Source of the DNA: Dipteris shenzhenensis
Taxonomy: Eukaryota
DNA length: 64,000 bases
NCBI GenBank assembly: GCA_047967505.1
Contig: CM106538.1
Strand: one strand, 5' to 3'
The translations under genes and the position numbers were made by a program. Of this stretch, positions 49,901 through 61,333 are shown piece after piece. Numbering within the stretch: the first letter of the stretch is position 1; every line of letters begins with the position of its first letter. The notes beneath the pieces are model-generated. The model was not told the DNA's origin, made no database searches, and worked only from the letters and a program-made list of their open reading frames with translations.

Positions 49901-52900
49901 AGTTGCAGTACATACCATACCAATAAGGGAAGGATCCAAAACAAAGGTATGTGGACCTTACAAGACAAATCCCAAGTATGGCACCCATGTCTATGAAGAA
50001 CTAGAAAAATTACTGGAGGCTGGTTTCATTTATGAGATCGAGCATACTGATTGGCTGTCACCAATTGTGATTGTTCTTAAGAAAAACAAGAAGCTCAGAA
50101 TATGTGTGAATCTCAAGAACATCAATGCAGCAACAATCAGAGATCATTATCCCCTACCATTGACTGAAACAAATTTAGAAAGGGTAGCGGGGTTTGATGT
50201 GTATAACTTCTTGGATAGGTTTAGCGGGTACAACCAAGTACAAATTGCACCTCAAGATCAGGCAAAGACAATGTTTGTCACAGAATGGGGCATTTTTGCA
50301 TACAGAGTCATGCCATTCGACTTATGCAATGCCCCATCTACTTTTCAAAGGGTAATGTACAACACCTTTAAAGAATCTCTCAACAAGTTCCTACAAGTCT
50401 TCCTTGACGACTTGTGCGTACACTCAGGAAAAAAGGATCACTTGAAATGCCTTGAAGAAGTGCTTAAAAAATGCAGGGAGTATGGAATCTCTTTGAATCC
50501 TCTAAAATGCCAATTCTTGGTCACACACTAAGCAGTCTTGGGACACATAGTCTCTCGACATGGGATTGCAAAAGCTGACATGGACAAAATAAAGATCATC
50601 ATGGAACTTCCCCCCTCACTAAATGCCAAGGGAATTCAAGTCTTCATGGGACATGTCGTATACTATAGAAGATTCATATTGAGGTATGCCATGATTGCAA
50701 GGCCCCTATATAAGCTCCTAGTCAACTTCATCTGGATAGACAAATGTGAACAAGCATTCAAAACCCTCAAGTGGAGATTGATCACAGTCCCAGTTCTAAT
50801 GGCACCAAATTGGGACATAGATTTTCATGTACATACTGATGGTTCCAATTATGCAGTAGGGAGTGTGTTATGTCAACTTGGCAAACACAACAAAGACTAC
50901 CCAATATACTTTGCAAAAGCAGACAGCTAAATGATGCGGAGGTGAATTACACCACAACAGAAAGAGAAGCCTTGGCAATGATCTACAACGTGAAGAAATT
51001 TTGACACTATCTATTGGCTACTGACTTTATCTTCTACACAGATCATCAAGCCTTATTATATCTTGTGAATCAGCCATGTACCACAGGCCGGATCACTCGA
51101 TGGCTTCTACTACCTACAAGAATTCAATTTCAAAATCGTTGCAAGAAAAGGAGCTCAACATTTCATTGCCGATCACATGTCATGATTGAGGACAAGAGAA
51201 GAGCTGGATGGAATAGAAGATGACCTACCAGATGTCGCATTATTTCAAACAGATGTTGTGCCTGATTGGTGTGCATACATCATTGGGTACTTAATGGTAG
51301 GAAGACCACCTCCTGAAATGAAAGCAATGGATGCTAGGAAACTAATTCTAAAATCTACACCCTATCAACTCATTGCAGGACAACTATATAAGATGGGCAA
51401 GGACTAGGTTTTAAGGAGATGTGTGATGCCACATGAGATCATGCTAATCCTCATTGAAGCACATGAAGGCATTGCAAGTGGAAAATTCCAAGGGGAAGCA
51501 ATAGCAAAAAAAGTCCTGGCAGGATACTGGTGGCCAACACTTTGGTCATATGTTTATGAATATGTCAAAAGCTGTGATGTATGCCAACAAACTTCTAAAC
51601 CACAACACAAAGACTTCAATCCCCTAACAACAGTCATTGCACATAAACCCTTTGAAAAATGGGGGATTGATTTTGTGGGTCCCATCCATCCAAGCAGCAA
51701 AAGGAACACAGGCACGCTACATCATAGTGGCCACTGATTACTTTAGTAAGTGGGCTGAAGCTAAAGCCATCAGAAAGGCAGATGCTAGGAGCACAGCAAG
51801 GTTCTTATACGAGAATGTGATCACCCAATTTGGATGTCCCATTGAAGGTCATCCAAGAACTCTTGTCTGGCTTTATGGTGATTTGTAGAAAGAGCACACC
51901 TTGCTACCCCTAAGGAAATGGACAAGCCGAATCCACCAACAAAATTCTATGTATTATCCTCACCAAGGTAGTAGAACGAAAGCGTTCTGATTGGGCAGAG
52001 AAATTAAATGCAGCCTAATGGGCATATACAAGGTTAGTACAGGAAATACACCTTTTCAATTGGTGTACCACCTTGAAGCTGTGGTCCCATTGGAATTTGT
52101 AATACCTAGTCTATGCATAGCAGTACAAGAACGTATGGGAGATCATGCATCATTGAAAGAAAGACTCTACCAATTAGAGAAGCATACAGAGACCAGATTA
52201 GTTGCCTACCATGCCATGACAATAGAAAAATGAAGAAGGAAGGCATGGTTTGATAGAAACCTCAAAGACAAAGACAAAGACATCAAGGAAGGTGACCCGG
52301 TTCTGCTGTACAATACCAAAGTCCATAAGGGCAAGCTCAAATTTCTAGGTCAAGGACCTTATAGAGTTAAAAAAATGAATCCCATCGGAGCTGTGCTGCT
52401 AGAAACACTGGATGGAGTCCAGTTCACAACAATAATAAACAGGAGCCGACTAAAGTGCTACTACATCAACATGCAAGCCATCCCTAACAATATTGAAGAT
52501 TTGGGGGTCCCAAGTCTTCCATAGTTAGGACTAGATTGTATCACGAGCACTCACTAGCATATGTATGCCTTCGCACATATAGGTAGTTTCAATCGATTTC
52601 AACCTAGGGCTCAGAGGTGATGACTAAGTCCTAGCTACCCTATGATTCCCTTAGCAAATTAAGCATATAGGAGGAATGCCCACCTCGCTAGTCATGCATA
52701 GCATACCCACACATTTCGAGCACCACGAATAAATTGCACATATGATAGCCCCAAGAGATACTTGTTTTGATCCACACACACAGCACCCTCATCACAAAAA
52801 GAGTAAAATGCATTAGCCACTCACAAAAGAAACATGCATTCTTAGCACATGGCACTATATTGGCACTGTCAAACTGGGACCTGATTCATGTGTGCAATGC

Positions 52901-53640
52901 CATGGTGAAGACAGTCCAATAAGATGGGAAAAAGTCCTACAACGCCATTGGCAAAGTGACACCATGCCAAATGGCCCAAGCCTCAACCTCAACAACCCTC
53001 ATATCACCAACCTAAAGAAGGACATGGTCCATAATCACCAACCTAGAGGTCAGCATCAAAACGACCACGGCTAGTGGTTCTGGACAATGATACTAATGAG
53101 CAAATAAATGCAACATGCCAAGAAGAAATGCCACAGAACCAAGGGATACTAGAGGCAGGAGAAATTGAGCCAGAGCAATTGACTATGCAGGATGCAGTTG
53201 CAAAACACCTTGAGGACCAGACCAACAAAGAGCTAGCAACAGATGGAACAATACAACTTGTATGGTCATGAGTCTCAACGTTTGCCATGTCACCCAATGC
53301 TTACAACTTCTTGCAGTCAAAGGGACTAGGTAGTCTTTTTGTGAAGCTAAAATCCTTCTCACCAACACCTGCTATGACAGAATACATTTGTCAATTCATA
53401 ACATCATATAAAAGTAGAGAGTTGGAGAAAGATAAGTATGGCACAGTAACATATAAAGAAAAGCCCTTATAGATCTACCTCAGTAGATCCACTATGTAGG
53501 AGGCTTTCTCATTTCCAAAGGCACAAGAAGAATATCCAAAGAAACATTTGGATGCAAGATTCTCTGAAATTCAGTATTTATTCCCACCTAACACAAAGTC
53601 ACAAAGCGGGGAAATATGCCATGATATGATTCTGAACCCT
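46913..53640 (+). mobile_element. Truncated non-chromovirus (Athila-like) Ty3/Gypsy element, copy A
   Basis: Gag with four Cys/His knuckles, protease (IVDGG, LLGRPWL), RT (49761-50531, DHYPLP...FLDDL), RNase H (HTDGSNYAVG, TDHQAL), integrase (GYWWPT, FEKWGIDFVGP), and a 3' extra ORF. Many stops and frameshifts; no LTRs seen. Confidence 0.9.
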
Positions 53641-56600
53641 ACAGTGATGGTGCCGCACTTGCCATCCTGTGCATTGCCGGAGTGGTAAGAATGGAGAAAG
53701 TCCCTAATGTACATGGTCATTATAGGACTATCCTCCAAGGATTTTAGGCTCTCATACAAACTGCCCAGACCCCTTTGCTCTAAGAAAGATGTTGTTGCAT
53801 TGGAAAGAGCATAAGCCGATGTAGGTGGCCACACAAGTTCCAATGACTGGGCCCCGTCAATGGCGGTGTAGGCTAGTGGTGACATTTGTTCTTCTTGGGT
53901 TTCCATGTCATGCCCAGAATCCTCCTCAGAGCTATCGCTTTAAACCACAAATGCCTGTGGTCATCGTAGTTGAGAGGAGACAATTGTCTGTGAACTTTAG
54001 AGGGGATCTCGTAGTTGAGGCAGTGGGCTCTTTCTACGCATCCTCTTTAGTGGCGGCATTGTTTCTGAACCTACATCCATGTGCATATGGTGTACCATTG
54101 ATCATTAGATTAGTTGGCATGTAGGTATGACATGTGTGTATGTTTGTGAGAGATCCTATTTTTACACATGCTTTGAGAGTGTGGAATGAAAGTGTGTGGC
54201 ACAATTATTCATCCAATCGACTATGTGTCTAAGTGAAAGCGTGTGAGTGCACGTGACCTAGGAGCTAGGTAGGGACTAACTATATGCTTTTTTTTTGTTG
54301 CTAGGATTTCATAGGGCAGCTAGAAATTACTTTTGAGCCCTAGGTTAAAATCGATCGATGCTACCTATATGTACGAAGATGTACATATGCAAGTGAGTGC
54401 TCGTGATACAATCTAATCCTAACAAAGGAAGACTTGGGTTTCCCGAATCTTCATTTTTGTCGGGGATGGCTTGTGTGTTGAAGTAGTAGTGCTTCAGTTG
54501 GCTCCCTTTATTGTTGTGTTGAATTGGACTCCATCCAATGTTTCTAGTAGCACAGCTCCGAATGGATTCATCTTTCTTACTCGGTAGGGTCCTTGACCTA
54601 GATACTTGAGTTTTCCCTTGTATACTTTGGCATTGTATAACAAGACCAAGTCACCTTTCTTGATGTCTTTAGCTTTAAGATTCCTATCAAACCATGCCTT
54701 TCTTCTACATTTTTCTATTGTCATGGCATTAATCTTGTCTCTATATGCTTCTCCATTGATAGAGTCTTTCTTTCAAGGATGCATGATCTCCCACGCATTC
54801 CTCTACTGCTATGCGTAGGCTTCGTATTACAAATTCTAGTGGGACCACAGCTTCAAGGCCGTAGACCAAGTTAAAAGGTGTGTTCCCTGTACTGACCTTG
54901 AGTGTCGTCCAGTATGCCCATAAGGCTGCATTCAGTTTCTCTGCTGCAATGTTGTGGTTCTACTACCTTGGTGAGGATAACACATAATATTTTGTTGGTG
55001 GATTCGGCCTATCCATTCCCTTGGGGATAGTAGGGTGTGCTTTTTCTATGGATTACCTCATAAAGCTAGACATGAGTTCTTGGATTACCTCATTGAAAAA
55101 ATGTGTGCCTCTATCTATGACACAATTTCAATGGGGCATCCGAATCAGGTGATCACATTCTTGTATAAGAATCTTGCTGTGCTTCTGGCATCTGCCTTTC
55201 TAATTGCTTTAGCTTCAGCCCATTTGGTAAGATAATCAATGGCCACAATGATGTAGCATGTATGTGTTCTCTTTGCTGCTAGATGGATGGGACCCACATA
55301 GTCAATCCCCCATTTTTCAAATGGTTTTTGTGCAAGAACTGTTGTTAGGGGATTGAAGTATTTGTGTTGGGGTTTAGTGGTCCGTTGGCATATATCACAA
55401 CCCTTGACATATTCATAGGCATGTGCCCAAATTGTTGGCCACCAATAGCCTGCAAGGAGGACTTTTCTTACTATGGCTTCCCTTTGGAAGTGTCCTCCTA
55501 CAATGCCTTCATGGACTTCACTCAGGATTGGCATGATCTCATGAGGCATTACACATCTTCTTAATGTTTGGTCCTTGCCCATCTTGTACAGTTGTCCTCC
55601 AATGAGTTGATAGGGTGCAGCTTTTAAAATTAATTTTCTGGCATCCACTGCTTTCATTTCCAGGGGGTGGTTTTCCTACCATTAAGTACCCAATGATATC
55701 TCCACACCAATCTGGAACAGCATCTATCTAAAATAGTGTGGCATCTGGCAAGTCATCTTCTACTCTAGTGGCTTCTTTTCTCGACTTGACATGAGACATA
55801 TGATTGGCAATGTAGTGTTGGGCACCTTTGCGGACCACTATTTTGAAGCTTAATTCTTGAAGCAAGAGGAGCCATCTAGTTATTCTTCTAGTTGTACGGT
55901 TCACAAGATAAAGCAATGCTTGATGGTCGGTGTAGAAGAAAAAATCATTTGCCAATAGATAGTGTCGAAATTTCTTAACACTATACACCATTGCTAGGGC
56001 TTCTCTTTCTGTGGTGGTATAGTTGATCTCGGCATCATTGAGTTGTCGACTGGAGAAGTAGAATGGGTAGTCTTTCTTATATTCACTAGGTTGACAAAGC
56101 ACACTCCCAATTGCATACTTGGATCCATCAGTATGAACATGAAAATCAATATCCCAATTGGGAGATATAAGGATGGGTGCTATGATTAGGCGCCACTTTA
56201 AAAGCTCAAAGGCTTGGTCGCACTCTTCTGTTCATAAGAATTCCACTAATAATTTGTAAAGTGGTATGGCTATCATGGCATACCACAAGATAAATATTCT
56301 ATAGTAGACAACATGTCCCATAAAGACCTGTACATCTTTGGAATTTGTAGGAGGAAGCAATTCCATGATGATTTTGATTTTGTCCATCTCAGTTGCAATT
56401 CCATGTTGAGAAACGATGTGTCCCAAAACAACTTTGTGGGTGACCATGAACTGGCATTTTGTTGGATTTAGGGAGATGCCATACTCCCTGCATTTGATTA
56501 GTACTACTTCAAGACATTTAAAGTGGTCTTTTTTGTTTGAGTGGATGGACAAATCATCCAAGAACACCTGTAAAAACTCATTCAGAAATGACTTGAAAGC

Positions 56601-59600
56601 TGTGAACATGACTCGCTGGAATGTGGCTGGGGCATTACAAAGGCCGAATGGCATGACTCTATCGGCAAAAATACCCCATTTTGTAGTAAATGCTATTTTT
56701 GATTGGTCTTTAGGAGCAATTTGCACTTGGTTATAGTTATTGAAGCCATCCAAGAAGCTATATATCTCAGAACCTGCCACCTTTTCCAACACTATTTCTG
56801 TGAAGGGTAGGGGATAGTGATCCCTAATTGTGGTGGCATTCACATTCGTTTACACATTTTCTAAGCTTCTTGTTGCATTTAGGCACAATGACAATGGGTG
56901 AAACCAAATCAATTTGCTCTATCTCATAGATAAATCTGGCATCTAGGAGTTTTTCTAGCTCGTCATTAAACCATGGTGCCATACTTAGGATTTGTTCGAT
57001 AAGGTCCACATACCTTAGGGTGGGCACCTTCCCTTATAGGTATTGTGTGTACTGCCACGTTTGGTGAAATTCTTTTCATCTCTTTGTATGATCATGCTAG
57101 GCAGTCATCACGATATTCCATTAGGACTGCTTTAAGTTTGGTTTCATCTTCCTGTCGAAGCTGTTTCCCAATGAAAAATAGTTTTTCTTCCTCCCCTTCA
57201 AGGGCGAGGTTTATTGTGTAAGTTTTTGCCGGTCCCTCATACATTGGAGTTTTTCCAATGTTATCGGTTTCTTGAACTTCAGATTCTCTTAGTGGTCTTG
57301 GCATTGCTATGGGGGCACTGCCACTTATATAATTCTTAAAGTACTCCGGCACTTCTCAAAGATCAGCCTCTGATGGTGTTGAACTAGCTTGACATGTGCT
57401 ATGGGTATTGGGTGGCATAGTATCCTTAACCAATTTGTTAGGCTCTTGGGGACTTTCTTTTTCTAAAGTCTCTTGATCGATCTTCATCTGCACATGTGGC
57501 TTATACTTTCGAAACTTCTTACGTTGGGAACTGTGGGGTAACTTTTCCACTGGTAAGGTGTTCCCAAGTAAGGCTTCATTTGCTGTGCATACTCCTTCCA
57601 GTCCCTTAGGGGACCATTCAAGAGGAGGTGGATCAGATTTTGAGGGAGTTGGCTTTTTAAGATATAATTTGGCAATCCTTATTTGGACTCGTTCGAATTC
57701 ATTGAAGTGTTCGGCCTTGGCTTTTCTACGATTTCCTCCAACTTTCTTGTAGAATCTTTTGATGTTATTCAACTTTGGAGGTTCAACTTTTGGAAGCTCG
57801 ATTGCCATTAGGGCATGTAGAATGGCTAAGTCATTGTCAAAGACTTGATCTTCAATTTGAGCATTCTCAGCCTCAGTTTCAAGGTCCCAAGGAAAATCCG
57901 ACTCATTATTGGTATGGTTACCTTCTTAGGTTCATTATTCCACTCGAGTTCAGCCATAAAGAATGGCACCTCTAGATCGATTGGTTCTTCATGTGTAAGT
58001 TGAGGATCTACCGGTATCACCTTAGCATCTATCTACGAGAAGATGGGTTCTAATGAATGGCAGTTTTGTCAATGGTTGCCAATGTTTGTATCCAATTATT
58101 GACATTGCTTTGTGTATCGCCCGCTATGGCATGTTGTTGCAGGGGAGCTAATTTGCTTGAGATCGTCGTTGAAGAGGTTTCATCCAGCGCTCTAGGCACA
58201 ATTGGTTTTTTTAGCTCCTATCCCCACATTCACCTTGACTACGGTGTCGCGATTTTGGATTGTCAGTATATCTATTCCCCAATCATGGAGGACTGATGCT
58301 TCCTGCAACCAAGGACATCCCAGTAAGATTTGATAGGATTTCTTGGGGAGATCTAAGATTGTGAATTAAAGGGAAAAGCGGACTCCTGTGACTTTTGCTG
58401 ACACACCATTCACTATTCCAAAGGGTTTTGTCCGTGAATCATCGGCAAGGTGTATGTTGAAATTAGCCTTTTGCATTGGTGGGAGAACCCATTGATCATA
58501 GAGCTCGTTTGATGAGACATTTACACCTGCTCCACCATCCACTATGGCTTGGACTTCATTATATACCTTGTGGATCAAAGCCAGGGATTTGCAAGTTCAA
58601 TCCAGCCTTTGAAACTCTCCCAGAGATTGGGACAATTTTGTAGTCGGATTCCAATGGGAATTGACACAGGGCAACTTAGGATGCTAGAGAGTGCGGCTCC
58701 TTCAAGTTGACATGGCAGTACATTATGTTGCGGAGTCTGTTGTTGGAATAGAGGCTCGAGTATAGTATCAATACTTTGTGGGGTCAAGTCATGGATTGTG
58801 GATCTTGAGCCTGCTGCTTCTCAGCCTTAAATTGAGCTTGTTCCTTTTGTACCCATTGTTGAAGTGCCTGAAAACGAGCCTTCTCCACTTTTGCATTTGG
58901 GTATGGAGCTTCTTTTATTTAAGGCTTGGAAGCTAATGTGGAGGAGCTTGGCTACTCATTGCTTGGCAGAGGTAGAGGCACTTGTGCAGTCTTCTTAAGA
59001 AGTCATCTTGGTTGGATTGGAATATTAGGGTCCTTGGTGGCCTCCTTTTGCTGGCGTATAATTACATTCACAGGTTGTGATATTATGCTTGTCGGCCCCA
59101 GACTTTGATGGTCCACCCCAATAATGCCGATTGGGACATCAGGCTTAACCTCTATTTGTTGTGGGACCTTATTTTTCATGGGACAATCCATACAGGCATG
59201 GCCCATGCCACAATCTCTGTAGAGTGGTTGGAAAGTAGCGGGGCTACCATGATGAGGGCACTCTGCGATCCGATGATTTTCTCCACAACCGTAGCACTTG
59301 ATTGGCACTCAATACATGTTGGATTGTACTTGATTTGCATAGACTGGTATTAAACCTTCTGCGCCTTCTACATAGTACACTGGGTACTCGGCTTCATACT
59401 TGAATGGCGAGTCTACTTCCTCGGCTTGCAATTGTTGTATTAGAACTGCCTGAGGAGTTGGATTTGGCACTCTTGGATATGGTCATGGATTTGGATTCCT
59501 GAGTAATTGTGGGACTTGTGTCTGAATGAGAATAGGATTTAGCCTCGGAGCTGGGGGTGCTTGTGCAAGTGCCAGTTGCCTGCACATTAGCATGGGTGCC

Positions 59601-61000
59601 AGTTGGTATTGTTGGGGTCGAGGCGGGTTGTTGCACATGTTAAAGATGCAACTATTTTCATCATGGCCATCGACTACGTAGATATGGCACCGCAACCTTC
59701 GCGATGGATTTACTTGTGCAGTGATCTTGGATCTTAGGACCGAGCATTCATTTGTTGTATGATTGGCCATGCAGTGGGGGCACCATACATTTTCTCGTCG
59801 TGGATGTCTGAGGTGGCGGCTGAGACAAGTGAAGCTTTTGTTCCATGGCCTGCATCATTTCTTCTTTCAGCTTCATGGTCATGGCCTCTAGATGATCTTC
59901 ATTAGACGTTTTGGCAGTGGGCTTGGATTTTCCCTTTTTAGAGCATTTATCTTATGTACTGGATCTTCCATCATCACTACTCGTGTCAGAGTCGGTCATG
60001 CCATCCTTGATGTCAATGGTTGTTGCCCGAGCAGCACTGAATGTTTCATAATTGCTAATCTTTTTCATGTCTTTGTGATTATCTTCCTTAGTCTTGCAAT
60101 GAACTAGGCCGTGAGGTACTTTGCATCCAGGCGTGGGTCACGTTTGGCAATTAATTGTTTCATCTTACCCAGGTACGTGCATACATCTTCTCGGCGACCT
60201 TGTTTGAGCTTGCTTAGTTGGAGAGCAGGATCATCTTATAGTCTCTCCGTTTGAAAGCGCCTCTTGAATTCAGTTTGCAGCAGGTCCCATGTGGCTCTTT
60301 CTTCCACTAGGAGGTCTAGGTACCATTCTGACGCTTCATATGTTAAGGCCATGGGGAACCAGGCGACCTTGGTTTCATTGGATTAATCTCCACCTACTCG
60401 GCATGTGGCATCAAAATGCTGAAGGAATCAGGTTGGATCGCCCCTACCATTATATTTGGGAAGTTCAAGTTTGCCCAGGGGGTGCCTACCTTGATTGTTA
60501 TTATTGTTGCCAAAATTGTTGCGATTAAAGAAATTGTTCCCCTTCGCATCAAGGTTAATATCCCCATCATCGCAACGGCGCGTTGTGGCGTGGAGTCAAA
60601 GGGATTTCTTAAATTTCAGGGGGGCAATCGGCGTAGAGGATTGTCAGAGGCAGTGGTTTCAATGGAGTTGTATGCAGATTTGGCGAGCATTCATGTCAAA
60701 GGCGTTGGTCGCGGAGCGCAGCTGCATGCAAGTGTAATGGGTGTCTCTACTGCAAGTGTGGGTGTTGATATAATTGTGTTAGGAGGGTTAGAGATGTGTT
60801 AGTGTTGTAGGAACCGTTGTGTTAATAATGTGCCTAGGATTGTCCCACATGTGTAGGGAAATGTGTTGGTGTAGATGAATCGTGAATCGGAGGTCACGGT
60901 GGAAATATACAAGTGAATTAGTGTGAAAAGAGGCCCACACGGGGGTGCGAATTAAGAGTTCTAGGGATGCCAAAATGGTGTGCAATGGGTTGGAAAAATG
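53641..61000 (-). mobile_element. Truncated Athila-like Ty3/Gypsy element, copy B (inverted relative to copy A)
   Basis: Same domains collinear on the - strand: gag knuckles (59180-59790), protease IVDGGAGVNV, RT 56232-57350, RNase H 55728-56230, integrase 54494-55657, and 3' ORF 53641-53906. Confidence 0.9.
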
Positions 61001-61333
61001 CCTCGTAGAGTGGTGTTTCCGTGTGTGAATTCGTGGTTCTAATTGGTAGCTAGAGGAACTACTATAGTTACAAAGGCAAATACCCTAACCGACTTTAGTC
61101 TAACCTAACCTAATTGTGTAGCTATCTAACTACAGTTAGATGAACTAACTACAATTAGTTAAACGAACTAACCTAAAGTAAGACTAACCTATGTAAAAAC
61201 TAACCTTGGTTAAATTTAACCTAACTAGCTTTGGTTAAATCTAACCTAACTAGGGTTAGTTTTTTAAAAACCTTACCCTTAAAAAAAAAAGGTTGGGGGG
61301 GGTGTACAGCGGCGGCATCTAAGGGGTGGGGGT

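Noticed and set aside
61080-61280. Telomere-like CTAACC/CCCTAA motifs (also TTAGGGTTAGGG in the Copia LTR)
   Set aside because: Degenerate and not a tandem TTTAGGG array; consistent with retroelement leader or LTR sequence.
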